Positions 27,401 through 36,503 of a DNA stretch of 64,000 nucleotides are shown here, piece after piece. Made by a program: the position numbers and the translations under genes. Numbering within the stretch: the stretch's first letter is position 1; every line of letters starts with the position of its first letter. Source of the DNA: a virus (taxonomy: Duplodnaviria; Caudoviricetes); IMG/VR virus record IMGVR_UViG_3300020048_000093, positions 1-64,000 of that record; one strand, given 5' to 3'. Below the pieces are notes generated by a model. The model was not told the origin of the DNA. It made no database searches and saw nothing but the letters and a program-made list of their open reading frames with translations.

Positions 27401-30190
27401 ATGGCCCTGCTTCGACAAGAAGGCAAGGTGAAGCGCCCTATGGTGCAGGTCCCTAACAATAAGGTCAAAGACTGGGTAAAGACGTTTGCAAAGGCCATGC
27501 CGGGCCTCAAAGTCGGATCCGTTGATCCTGAATCTGAAGGATACGGCAATCAAGTCAAGCGCTATAAAATGTACCAGGATCTTGCAAATGGCGATTACGA
27601 TGTAATAATCCTGCCTGAATCGTCGGCAACCGAAATTCAATTGAGTGAGGAAGAGGACGCCAGGATAACTTCGGACGTTGTATCTGCTCAGATTATGGAC
27701 AAGACTGCGGGGAAGAGTGACCGGAAGGTGGCAACCGCGAAAGAATCGGCTCTTGGAAAGATGCAGAACGGAAAAACAAACAAAACCATTTCGTTTGAGG
27801 ATCTTGGATGCGATGCGCTTTTCGTAGATGAGGCCCATAACTACAAAAATTTGTTCAGCAGCACGCTGTCCAGGGAAACAGGAATGAATGACGGTCGCCG
27901 TTCAGATCGCGCCATGAGTCTGTTCAAGAAAAGTGAGTTTATACGACATTCACATGATGGAAAAAACGTGTTCCTTTGCACGGCAACACCGCTTACGAAT
28001 TCGCCTCTCGAATACTACAATATGCTCATGCACGTAGCACCGGAAATGCTTACAAAGCTGTCGATAAACAATATCGATGACTTTATCAGGAATTTCGCCG
28101 ATATCGAAACGGGCATGAAGTGCGACTGGGGATCGGGAAAAGCCAAAGAAGGCCGGATACTGAAGGGATTCAAGAATCTCCGGTCCCTGCAAGATATGTT
28201 TTTCAAGTATACCGATCTTCAGAACGATTCAACAAAAATCGGTCTGGCAAAGCCGTCCGCAAACAATGTTCCCAATGTGATACCAATGCAGAAGGAGCAA
28301 ACGGAAGAATTGCGTGATATATCGGCCCAGCTTGAAGAATTCAAAAACGCAAGCAAAGACGAAAAGGCCGCAAAATATGAAGGAGAGAATTATCTTACCT
28401 TCTATTCCAGGATGCGGACCGCTTCACTCGATCTTGAGCTCTATGATCCGGTAAAGTACAAGGGGTGGAAAAACCCGAAGCTCGAAAAGCTTGCCCAGAA
28501 CGCAATGGACAGCTTTACAGCGACTTCAGGGGGGCAGGTGATATTCTGCGACCGGGTATTGTCCGGGGACGGCTCCATGAACATGCACGATAAGATCAAG
28601 GCCGAATTAGTTGCCAAAGGATTCAAGGAATCTGAAATTGTCGTAGTAAACGGGACAACAAAGACCGGAGGGGCAAAAAGTGATTCTGCCCTTGAGCACC
28701 TGGTATCCGAAGCGATAGACGGCTTCAATACGGGAAAGTACAAGGTTATAATCGGGACGACGCCTACGCTCGGGGAGGGTGTTAACCTTCAGAAAAATAG
28801 TGCAGCCCTCCATCATTTTGATATTCCATACCGTCCCTCAGACTTCATTCAGCGAAACGGTCGTATCGACCGTCAGGGAAACAAGCAGGGGGATGTTGCG
28901 CTGCACACGTACCTTTCGGCCGGCACAATCGACAATTACTCGGTCAATCTGGTCCAGAACAAGGCAAACTGGATCGACCAGCTCTTGAAAACGAAGTCGA
29001 ACGTGTTCATGAACCCGAATGATGACTCGTATGTTGATCCGGACGAATTGCTATTGGCCCTCACGGAAGAATGGGGAGACAAGGATAAGGCCGTAGATCG
29101 AAGAGCCGAAATGAACAAAATCAAGGCAGACAAGATTCAGGAAGCCAATCAAAACAAGGTTCATGACATGATGGGGGCATTGAGCCAGATGCGCGGTTCA
29201 ATAAATGGATATCAGGGGGACAAGGGAACGGTACAATATCAGAACCGGGTCAGGAAAATTCAAAGCATCGAAGATTCTCTCCGTAACAATACCGAATTCA
29301 AGAATCTCGATTTGCTTACAGAAAACCCTCCCGATTTTATCTATGACAAGAAAAAGAGGCGAGCATACCAGAAAGGCGATAAATTCATGCTCACGGATGG
29401 AATTTTTGAGGTGAAATCGATAAACCATAAAAATCAGAAAATGGTACTCGTGGGTCTTGATGGGGCAACCAGCACAGAATGGTCGGCCAGTGATGGTTTG
29501 TATGGAAACTATTCGTACAAAGGAAAGGCCAACGACGAAGAGATAAAGAAACTCCAGACGCTTTACTCCCAAAATGAATATGCCGAACAAACACCGGAAT
29601 TCAAGAAGGATAATTACAAACGGTATATGTCGTTTGTTAAAATCAGACCACAAGATTTAATTTTCGAGGCACGCGAGGATACTGAGGGAAAAATCCGTAT
29701 AGGACGGGTAAGCAGCTATACGCAGCGGGATCGGACACCGAGCTCGCTCATCAATCCGTATGAACCGGAAGGACGTTCCCGTATCGAAGCATACTTGAAG
29801 GGAAACGATCATGAAAACATGGATGCCTCTGCCGCGAGTGACCCGGTATTCAAAGAACTGGGGCTATCGGAAGGAATAAAAACGGCAGTAATAGCCGATT
29901 ATCATGCCAAACCGGAGTCGAAGTTTATCGATGCAGAAGTTGGTAGTACCTGGGTTAGTGCCAAATCGATAGCGGAGAAGATGAACGTTGCTCTTGGTAA
30001 TTCCGAAAATGACAAGGTACGGGAGTATGATATAAAGAACGTAGCAGAGATGCACCCTGACTACGAGACTGATTATGAACGAATCGGGCGTGATTATGAT
30101 TGGCGAATACGTCGTAAATCGGTAGAAAAGGCAATAAAATCTGGCTATCTAAAACCGCAAAAACTGCTTATAATGGGCATAAAGAGGTGA
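24455..30190 (+). CDS. DarB-like N6-adenine methyltransferase / SNF2 helicase fusion
   Basis: MTase motifs VLEPSCGSG and IGNAPF; helicase motifs GTGFGKT, FVDEAHNYKN, TATPLTN, GEGVNLQ, QRNGRIDRQGN; N-terminal shared tag. Confidence 0.9.
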   Translation: MMNAFQRLMIPVQDMLEKARRYNPKLVQRTITVTNKDGTTYTKRAWVDPTEKDAEKPKNVQFDLFGGDDAPILAVSVEKKADSGTVNNRTDTGEESNDIKSVRQRVFNSMKREGYTQKEADYSTEFKKRVSDTLKKKAEISARNREKTNVLPVKGPETTRKQVELPEIEGEKQAVYDTVHETPPSNRGDLDVSIVDTDFRDYGSWSGKGKNLNPAARGKLNQEVAELLLKSRDSLTEEDKGKIQKYSGFGGVKAADERGVLYDFYTSPPVAKMAWKMLDKIVPVQAGESVLEPSCGSGVFFDVTPAGVEKTGVELDTRTAAVASILQEGANIHTGSFEQFNMHNTKRFSRVIGNAPFGDRSVTTSFMDMPEEKSLDKYFISRSIDALVDGGSMGLIVHPGVLDGKSNRDWRAELQKKGQFMGAVRLPNGSFKHTQTGVQPDMLFFRKYPEEVQKRLDQLDESGLKEAGFWHEGWAEGTYYDENKTHILGELNEGGGNWGSDVVEGDLSLSDMDKAIATFNPEPDKTTADLDKLNSMTTKLAGENKKVESMLTESEAEAVACKTLSVGMTKSIDGKVYRLNENHRWELVKGADETTSEKLEKVKAIAEKVKAIREAMHNDEPVDDLQREARTLLQDYKDEHGTNPMDDKDVKRLLTAHASLSGVYEGLVDIDDDILNKQNVYAKEIDIVDGHNPAVTALLTLQKNMLEATPANIQSYFPNDIDALMKELQDNKDCFLTPDGSWELREDFIAGDAWVKIDALKAAIEEHDGDKWVNERAKWQAGITDLEAAVGWTSIEEAEFTPQSSWIPEEIINKWAKDPDGMAIQYALSDKVLSRNEEGKWGVKGTKDKYIRPKNWRDEGETIEAGTWYPLNDEIAYFLNLQKQRSKNIDTETYDTNARENFKNWVANNPNVRMELEALFNRKFNCDIGTPTKTYAVKIDGWNPSVILGGHQWQTIHHLYRAGKGITALGTGFGKTLASVGLMALLRQEGKVKRPMVQVPNNKVKDWVKTFAKAMPGLKVGSVDPESEGYGNQVKRYKMYQDLANGDYDVIILPESSATEIQLSEEEDARITSDVVSAQIMDKTAGKSDRKVATAKESALGKMQNGKTNKTISFEDLGCDALFVDEAHNYKNLFSSTLSRETGMNDGRRSDRAMSLFKKSEFIRHSHDGKNVFLCTATPLTNSPLEYYNMLMHVAPEMLTKLSINNIDDFIRNFADIETGMKCDWGSGKAKEGRILKGFKNLRSLQDMFFKYTDLQNDSTKIGLAKPSANNVPNVIPMQKEQTEELRDISAQLEEFKNASKDEKAAKYEGENYLTFYSRMRTASLDLELYDPVKYKGWKNPKLEKLAQNAMDSFTATSGGQVIFCDRVLSGDGSMNMHDKIKAELVAKGFKESEIVVVNGTTKTGGAKSDSALEHLVSEAIDGFNTGKYKVIIGTTPTLGEGVNLQKNSAALHHFDIPYRPSDFIQRNGRIDRQGNKQGDVALHTYLSAGTIDNYSVNLVQNKANWIDQLLKTKSNVFMNPNDDSYVDPDELLLALTEEWGDKDKAVDRRAEMNKIKADKIQEANQNKVHDMMGALSQMRGSINGYQGDKGTVQYQNRVRKIQSIEDSLRNNTEFKNLDLLTENPPDFIYDKKKRRAYQKGDKFMLTDGIFEVKSINHKNQKMVLVGLDGATSTEWSASDGLYGNYSYKGKANDEEIKKLQTLYSQNEYAEQTPEFKKDNYKRYMSFVKIRPQDLIFEAREDTEGKIRIGRVSSYTQRDRTPSSLINPYEPEGRSRIEAYLKGNDHENMDASAASDPVFKELGLSEGIKTAVIADYHAKPESKFIDAEVGSTWVSAKSIAEKMNVALGNSENDKVREYDIKNVAEMHPDYETDYERIGRDYDWRIRRKSVEKAIKSGYLKPQKLLIMGIKR

Positions 30191-30193
30191 ATT

Positions 30194-30577
30194 ATGTTTT
30201 ATGACAATGAATTTGTTGATACATTGGAGAAAAGCCTCAAGATTCCGGCAGGGATACCCTATTTATACCAGATGGCGAAAACCATCGGGGACATGCTGGA
30301 AACAAACAAAATGATATACAAATCTTTCGGCGTATACTGGTGGGCAATGAAAGAGGCACTACAGGCCTATTGTCCAAACAGGAACGCATGGTTCATGGGA
30401 ACTTACACGGATCACCTCATGAAAGAACGGGCGTGGCATGGTTCTTTGTTCCGATCCGTTCTTGCAGCGGTATACTATCATAGCCAGCAGGACACCTATA
30501 CCAGTGACCATTACTGGGAAGACAGCGATGGAATCGAGCACGATTACACGCTTTTCGATGAAGACGCGGGATGCTGA
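30194..30577 (+). CDS. Conserved phage head-region hypothetical protein
   Basis: RBS GAGGTG; TLEKSLKIPAG, YKSFGVYWWAMKEAL. Confidence 0.7.
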   Translation: MFYDNEFVDTLEKSLKIPAGIPYLYQMAKTIGDMLETNKMIYKSFGVYWWAMKEALQAYCPNRNAWFMGTYTDHLMKERAWHGSLFRSVLAAVYYHSQQDTYTSDHYWEDSDGIEHDYTLFDEDAGC

Positions 30578-30603
30578 AGTCAATAATTTTCGGGGGTGGG
30601 AAT

Positions 30604-31935
30604 ATGCAAGGATTGATAGTAAAGGGTAAAAAACCCGTCGCGCAGCCGGTGCTGGGTATTCCCGTTACCCATGAAATGGTAAAAGCATTGAATACGGGAA
30701 AGCTTGTCCAGAAGAAAATACAGGTGACAAATAAGTCTGGAAAAACCTTCCAGGTAAACAAGTGGGTAAAGCCGGATCAAGGCGGTTCATCCGGAAAACC
30801 CAAAAAAGACCCTGAAGACGTTCGAGGTTCGAAGCACGGATACGGTATGCACAATATCCAGAACGGGGACAAAATATCGTTCAAATCGAATGGAAAAACA
30901 ATGATGGGTACGGTAGTTGACGATTCCAGCCTTGACGGATTGGTCGTAAAAGATGCCGTGGGAGATAAGTTTCCAGTGGCGTGGAAGGAAATAACCGGAT
31001 TCAGGTCGAGTACAGGATCAAAGGTCCCTCGGGACAAAGATGGATCCGGTAAAGGCGGGGGAGGTAAGGGTGGCGGCCGGGATGATGATGGAAATGTCAC
31101 AGAGAATAGCCCGGATTTTATTAGCCCTGAAAAGTTCAATGCAGCAGAATGGAAAGTCCAGCATGATGATCCAAACGCAACGGAGGAAAGCGTGCTTGAG
31201 AGTTTTGGCAAAGATACCAATGAAATAAAAAAGGCCATATCAACGACTCAGGCTAGACTGAAGCGTCTTGAACAAACCATTCATACGCATAGGCTAGCAG
31301 GAGAGGGAGAAAATGCGGTTTATGATGATGAGCGCACGCAAAAGCATGTAGAAATTATTAAAAAGATTTTAACGCCAGAAAAAATACGGGGAGCCATGCC
31401 TGAAGAGGGTAAAAGACCAACCTTCACAATGCTAGGAGGCCGTGGCGGTTCGGGTAAGTCATGGTTTGATGGACAGGTTTATCATTCGGATAAAGCAATA
31501 GTTCTGGATGCCGATGAGATTAAGGGCATGCTTCCGGAATATGAGGGATATAATGCTGAACAGGTTCACGAAGAGTCAAGTGATATTCTTGAACGTATTC
31601 TTGCAATGGCAAAAGAACAAGGCTTGAATGTAGTTCTTGATGCAACCATGAAAACAGAAAAATCAGCTATGAGGAAAATCGAAGCTTTCAAAGGTTCTGG
31701 ATATCGAATCGAGGCCCACTATATGCACCTCCCTCGTCAGGAAGCAGCAAAGCGGGCAGTATCAAGATTTATGGGAAAGACTAAACGGTATGTACCTATC
31801 GGTGTTGTTTTGTCGAATACCGGAAACGAAGCAACATTTGAAGCCGTCAAGAAACATGCTGACGCCTGGAGCTTCCGAGACAACAATGTTGAGAGGGGTC
31901 AGGAACCGAAACTTATTTCGGAATACAAGGCTTGA
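30604..31935 (+). CDS. Zeta-toxin family P-loop kinase with N-terminal shared tag
   Basis: MLGGRGGSGKS Walker A, VLDADEIKGMLPEY, VHEESS, NVVLDATM; RBS GGGGGTGG before ATG 30604. Confidence 0.88.
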   Translation: MQGLIVKGKKPVAQPVLGIPVTHEMVKALNTGKLVQKKIQVTNKSGKTFQVNKWVKPDQGGSSGKPKKDPEDVRGSKHGYGMHNIQNGDKISFKSNGKTMMGTVVDDSSLDGLVVKDAVGDKFPVAWKEITGFRSSTGSKVPRDKDGSGKGGGGKGGGRDDDGNVTENSPDFISPEKFNAAEWKVQHDDPNATEESVLESFGKDTNEIKKAISTTQARLKRLEQTIHTHRLAGEGENAVYDDERTQKHVEIIKKILTPEKIRGAMPEEGKRPTFTMLGGRGGSGKSWFDGQVYHSDKAIVLDADEIKGMLPEYEGYNAEQVHEESSDILERILAMAKEQGLNVVLDATMKTEKSAMRKIEAFKGSGYRIEAHYMHLPRQEAAKRAVSRFMGKTKRYVPIGVVLSNTGNEATFEAVKKHADAWSFRDNNVERGQEPKLISEYKA

Positions 31936-31960
31936 TAAAGCTATCGTATAGTATTATAGT
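31932..31960 (+). promoter_or_regulatory. Sigma70-type promoter for the small gene after zeta toxin
   Basis: TTGATA (31932-37)-17 nt-TATAGT (31955-60). Confidence 0.6.
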
Positions 31961-31976
31961 TCAATAGGAGGCAATT

Positions 31977-32132
31977 ATGGACATTCTTAAAGTAGATCCA
32001 GATTATGATTGTGCAGATACAGATAGTCGATTTGAAGATATGCCGAAAGTCTTCCAGGATTTATCGAAAGAGCTTTTCGAGAAGGCCAAAAAAAAGCCTG
32101 AAGAAAACAACAAAGATAGTGAAGAAAAATAA
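31977..32132 (+). CDS. Small charged protein (51 aa), candidate antitoxin/immunity protein (not in ORF track)
   Basis: Consensus RBS AGGAGG at 31966-71; MDILKVDPDYDCADTDSRFEDMPKVFQDLSKELFEKAKKKPEENNKDSEEK*. Confidence 0.7.
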   Translation: MDILKVDPDYDCADTDSRFEDMPKVFQDLSKELFEKAKKKPEENNKDSEEK

Positions 32133-32135
32133 ATC

Positions 32136-32163
32136 AAAAGGGTCCCTTCGGGGGCCTTTTTTA
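32136..32163 (+). terminator. Intrinsic terminator (possibly bidirectional)
   Basis: AAAAG GGTCCC-TTCG-GGGGCC TTTTTT. Confidence 0.85.
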
Positions 32164-32258
32164 TTTGGTAATGATGTATAGATCATGCATGGCAAGGTAT
32201 TGTATAATAAATGCAAGTTGCTTCATCATATCCAGTAAATGAAGGCGGGCAAGCCAGA

Positions 32259-34385
32259 ATGTATTTTATCCTTCCAGTTCTAGAAAAAGCTCGAAAAAAT
32301 CTCAAGCTCATTCCCAAAACAGTGACCGTTACCCGCGAAGGGACGACATACGAGACTACAGTATGGGTTTTGCCTACTAAAAAACTCACTCTAAACAACG
32401 ATACTCAGTTTGATCTGTTTGCTGATGCCGATATTCAGGAGAAAAGCCTGAAGGCGAGATTGCTCAAGAATATACGAGAAGGTACAAACGTGACCTTTCT
32501 CGAAAACGGTAAAATTATTTCAGGCATGGTTGTCTATTCCGGTTATGAATATAGCAAGATTGTATCAAAAAAGATCGCATACCGAGTTGATAATGACGAT
32601 ATCAAGTCAATCGTTCCGGAAAAAAGGCCCGAAGAGATAGCAAAAATCATAAAAGCCGTGACCCCTGAAACACGGACCGCAACGGAGGCACAGTTATTTG
32701 GAGCCGATCTGAAAGAAGACTTACCTGAAGTTTATCACTATGAACCTACCAGGGTGGAAGAGGAGCCATACAGCTCAGATAATCGAATCTGCTGGGATTT
32801 CCGTGATGTAATTCCGGTTCAAATTGGTTTGATATCCGAAAAGGACATACTTACTAAAGAACCGCCGAGCTGGATTCCGTTAATTGATTCCGATGAACGA
32901 TTCCGATCGGTAGGAAACAGGGTAGAAGCAGTAAAAATAGGCGATAATGATTACCTCATAAGGGGCGGAGCCGGAACTGTTAATTATGCCAGGGTAAATC
33001 TCGATGTATTGGCTGCAACACAGGATTATTACCTTAAAAGGGCAAAGGCCTTGGCGCATAATAAGTTTGAAGAGACAAAGGCCAAACGAAGAGACAACGG
33101 GTCGAGCGATGCCTATGTGAAAAAACACCCGGTAAGGGTCGTGGGTGAGAATCGCGCCATGTTCACAACACTCGAAATGTCAACGAGTTTTATGGGATTA
33201 AGAGGCAATGCACGATTTAAACCAATCAAGGCCGCCATAGACGATATGAAGCAGAAATTATCCGACATGAACATCCAGCTCGAAGAAAACTACACCTCAT
33301 ACAATAAAGGGCAGCAGACTGCTTACGGTAATTCGGGGACAAAGACAGACCTGCTCGATAAATACGGCGTCCTGGTGAAGAGACAGAATGGGGATGCGAT
33401 AACGAAAAAAGAAATAGGTGATATCAGTACCGCACTGGAATCAATATTTTCTGTATTTGGCAATCGGGCAAGCATGGCAAAATCCTTCGGGTTGAAAATA
33501 AGCCATTCCGGTACGGTCCTGATGCACGCACGAAAGGCGTCTGGTATATTTTTTCCTGCCTTCAATGCGATTGGCGTTACCATGCAGGGCGGACCGCGCG
33601 GCTTCGGGTTTACTTTGTCTCACGAATGGGCGCACTTCATGGACAATTACCTCGGTACAAAATCCGGCCGACATAACTATGCTTCAGACGACTGGGCCTC
33701 GCTGCCGGGACAAATTGCCAGCATTTTCCGGAAAAGCATGGCATTGCCTCAGAAATCAGACTACCAAAACCGTACCTGTGAATGTTTCGCGCGGGCGATG
33801 GAACAGTATTTTTCCTACAAAACAGGGGAACAGGATGCGCTTATAGCAGGGGCAAGCAAGGGGAACCAGGTACCAAAGGGTGAATTCGAGAAAAATCTGG
33901 TCCCATTGATTGACCGATTCTTCCAGGAAAACAATGAATTGCTGAAATCACTCACCTTCAGCGGATTCCCGCTCCAGGGGCGAACGAAGATCCATGGCAT
34001 GGATATCAGCATCGAGAACAGGAAAGGAAGCGTCCGAAGCGGGGTTTCGGACAACGGGCATGAATGGCATACGAAAATGCACTTTGCGTATGGATATATC
34101 CGGGGAACGGTAGGCAAGGACAAGGATCATCTTGATTGTTACATTGGCCCAAACAAGAAGTCGGAAAAGGTATTCATTGTACATCAGAACAATCCGGAAA
34201 CAGGCGCATACGACGAGGATAAAGTAATGCTTGGGTTTGATGATGCTGAACAGGCGAAAAAGGCGTATCTCGGGCAATATGATAGTCCGGCATTTTTTGG
34301 TAGTATGGATGCAACGGATATCGAAGCTTTCAAGGGAAAGATTTTCCAGAGAAAACAGCACGGAAAAAAACTGATAATCAGATAA
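32259..34385 (+). CDS. Polyvalent protein: shared N-terminal tag + LPD1-like zincin domain + inorganic pyrophosphatase-like domain
   Basis: VLEKARKNLKLIPKTVTVTREGTTYETTVWVLP; LSHEWAHFMD...ECFARAME; ISIENRKGSVRSG..W..KM...YGYI..T.G.DKDHLDCYIG...DEDKVMLGF. Confidence 0.85.
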   Translation: MYFILPVLEKARKNLKLIPKTVTVTREGTTYETTVWVLPTKKLTLNNDTQFDLFADADIQEKSLKARLLKNIREGTNVTFLENGKIISGMVVYSGYEYSKIVSKKIAYRVDNDDIKSIVPEKRPEEIAKIIKAVTPETRTATEAQLFGADLKEDLPEVYHYEPTRVEEEPYSSDNRICWDFRDVIPVQIGLISEKDILTKEPPSWIPLIDSDERFRSVGNRVEAVKIGDNDYLIRGGAGTVNYARVNLDVLAATQDYYLKRAKALAHNKFEETKAKRRDNGSSDAYVKKHPVRVVGENRAMFTTLEMSTSFMGLRGNARFKPIKAAIDDMKQKLSDMNIQLEENYTSYNKGQQTAYGNSGTKTDLLDKYGVLVKRQNGDAITKKEIGDISTALESIFSVFGNRASMAKSFGLKISHSGTVLMHARKASGIFFPAFNAIGVTMQGGPRGFGFTLSHEWAHFMDNYLGTKSGRHNYASDDWASLPGQIASIFRKSMALPQKSDYQNRTCECFARAMEQYFSYKTGEQDALIAGASKGNQVPKGEFEKNLVPLIDRFFQENNELLKSLTFSGFPLQGRTKIHGMDISIENRKGSVRSGVSDNGHEWHTKMHFAYGYIRGTVGKDKDHLDCYIGPNKKSEKVFIVHQNNPETGAYDEDKVMLGFDDAEQAKKAYLGQYDSPAFFGSMDATDIEAFKGKIFQRKQHGKKLIIR

Positions 34386-34395
34386 CGGAGGAAGC

Positions 34396-34719
34396 ATGGC
34401 GGAACTAAAACAATTGGCGGGCGTACTGAATGTCCAGATTTATAAAGGAAATACACGGGACATCGAGCTTGATTGGAATATAAACCTGGTTGGGTATACC
34501 TTTATGGCAAAAATTGTTAATGCGACGACTGGAGCGTTGATTGTCGCGGTTCCTGTTATAGTCGTTGACTTGGCAGCCGGCCAAATAACTCTGAAAATTA
34601 CCGATGCCGTAGCACTGGCGACACCCATAGGGGTACACAAGCTCTTGTTGGACTGGGTGGACCCTGATACGCTTATAAGAACCGTGACGGCCGGAACGTA
34701 TGAAGTGAGTTATGCCTAA
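34396..34719 (+). CDS. BppU-N-like Ig-fold structural protein
   Basis: LNVQIYKGNT..I......NLVGYT...GQITL.I......YDL-like strand pattern. Confidence 0.55.
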   Translation: MAELKQLAGVLNVQIYKGNTRDIELDWNINLVGYTFMAKIVNATTGALIVAVPVIVVDLAAGQITLKITDAVALATPIGVHKLLLDWVDPDTLIRTVTAGTYEVSYA

Positions 34720-34994
34720 TGGGAGATATCAATGTAATAGCCGGGAATTCCGACAGAATCATCATCCAGGCACGTCAGTACGAACTGGACACCGAAGGCG
34801 TCAGGGTTGAGATTGTCGAGCAAAGACAGGTAGTGGCCATTCGGAATGTCACAAAAATAGCCGTAGAAGCGGTCTTCAAGGGATTTAAAGGTGATCCAGG
34901 CATATCACCGAAAGTGCTCTATGGCATAGAAGAGGAGCCGGTGAATGCGGAAGATGCGCCGGAAGGCGCTGTTTATTATCAATACCTGCCATAA
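34719..34994 (+). CDS. Short fibre-like structural protein with minimal collagen triplets
   Basis: GFKGDPG; C-terminal EGAVYYQY. Confidence 0.45.
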   Translation: MGDINVIAGNSDRIIIQARQYELDTEGVRVEIVEQRQVVAIRNVTKIAVEAVFKGFKGDPGISPKVLYGIEEEPVNAEDAPEGAVYYQYLP

Positions 34995-35031
34995 CTATGG
35001 CAATATCATATTATTCTAAGGAGAAAGATTT

Positions 35032-35445
35032 ATGGGTAATACAATTGATCGAAGGATGAGTTATGCTGCGGTAAATGCCGAGGCCGATGCCTTGGCCATT
35101 TTGGCGAACACTGGATATATCCGAATTTATGACGGCACACGTCCGACGAATGCCGACACGGCGGTTGGCGCACAAGTGCTTCTGGCTGAATTGCGGTTTG
35201 GGGAGACGGCCTTTGGTGCAGCCGTAAACGGCGTTCTGACGGCGAACGCAATAACAGCGGACTCATCGGCGAACGCCGGAGGAACTGCATCATGGGCGCG
35301 TATTTTGAAGTCTGACGGTACGACGGCTTTGTGGGATGACGAAGTTGGCACCGCGACTTCGAATATCATATTGAACTCCGTCACCATAGGACTGGGCGCG
35401 AATGTTTCTATCTCGGCGCTGACACACACGGTTCCGAGGTCGTAA
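35032..35445 (+). CDS. Conserved phage structural protein
   Basis: RBS AAGGAG; G.IRIYDGTRP..AD.A....LLAEL...GTASWARI...DG. Confidence 0.7.
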   Translation: MGNTIDRRMSYAAVNAEADALAILANTGYIRIYDGTRPTNADTAVGAQVLLAELRFGETAFGAAVNGVLTANAITADSSANAGGTASWARILKSDGTTALWDDEVGTATSNIILNSVTIGLGANVSISALTHTVPRS

Positions 35446-35759
35446 TGAATATAGGCGACAAACTCGATCCGGTAGCAATCGGACACACGGCAATCGATAT
35501 AAAAGGCCTCTTGATCGAAGCCGGGTATGTTATGCCACAGGGATCCATAGCAAAACTCCCGAGACTTCCCGGAGAGGTCGAAGCGCGTATAACCGAAATG
35601 AAGGCAGCGCAGGAAAAATTCGAGACTCTGGATGAGACAAAGGCATTCCATTGTGCACACTGTAGCACAAATAATTCCGGAGCATGGCGGAAGGAAACGG
35701 CAACAGGACAGGAATTTCTGGTTTGTGGTGAATGTCACACAGTAACGGAGGTGCGATAA
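35445..35759 (+). CDS. Hypothetical protein with C-terminal zinc ribbon
   Basis: CAHC ... CGEC; coupled start. Confidence 0.65.
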   Translation: MNIGDKLDPVAIGHTAIDIKGLLIEAGYVMPQGSIAKLPRLPGEVEARITEMKAAQEKFETLDETKAFHCAHCSTNNSGAWRKETATGQEFLVCGECHTVTEVR

Positions 35760-36128
35760 ATGGCCGCTAAACTTGAACATGCAACACTCGTGACAACGGC
35801 TGCAACGGCAGACCAGGTAATACTTACTGTCACGCTCTCTGCTCCATTTCTTGTAAAGCTCATGGCTCTTGGTGCCGCGTTCACTACGTACTCCGCAACG
35901 GAAGCTGCCGTAGGGCTCGGTCGCATCCAGACGTATGTCGCGGCAGCATGGGGACAGAGGTTCGAGCAGCGTTTCCAGAATACCGACCTCGACAATAATG
36001 CTGGGATGTCCATCCTCCCTCTCGGGTCCGGAATCACCTTCGCCACGGGCGAGAATCTCAGGGCGATCTGCACCCCGGCCGGTACGACCTCCACCCGGTG
36101 GCCGGCGTCGTTCTGGGGCGAAGCGTAA
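35760..36128 (+). CDS. Small beta-rich protein, paralog 1
   Basis: RBS GGAGGT; colinear similarity to 36129..36503. Confidence 0.75.
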   Translation: MAAKLEHATLVTTAATADQVILTVTLSAPFLVKLMALGAAFTTYSATEAAVGLGRIQTYVAAAWGQRFEQRFQNTDLDNNAGMSILPLGSGITFATGENLRAICTPAGTTSTRWPASFWGEA

Positions 36129-36503
36129 ATGGCAGCGTACCTCGGTCACTCCATGCTGGTGACGACATCCGTCGCCGGCGAGCAGGTTATTCATTCCCTG
36201 ACCGTGGCAGGTTCCCCGCTCAACATGAAATTCCTGTCGATCGGGGCCGCCTACACCACGTACAACGCCACGGAAGCGTACCTCGGTTTCGCCCGGTTCC
36301 AGTTCGATATCGGTTCTGGATGGGAGACGAAGGACCGAAGCCCCGCATTCGTGAACACTGACTTGGACAACAACAATCCGCTCATCATCCGGCCGCTCGG
36401 CGCAGGGCAGTCCTTGCCCGTCGGTCAAAGCATCCGTGGTATTTGCACGCCGACGACGGCAACGAGTATCCGCTGGTCCTGCTGCATATGGGGAGAACAA
36501 TAA
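36129..36503 (+). CDS. Small beta-rich protein, paralog 2
   Basis: Shares LVTT, QVI, GAA.TTY.ATEA, NTDLDNN, PLG.G, R.ICTP, RW...WGE with paralog 1. Confidence 0.75.
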   Translation: MAAYLGHSMLVTTSVAGEQVIHSLTVAGSPLNMKFLSIGAAYTTYNATEAYLGFARFQFDIGSGWETKDRSPAFVNTDLDNNNPLIIRPLGAGQSLPVGQSIRGICTPTTATSIRWSCCIWGEQ

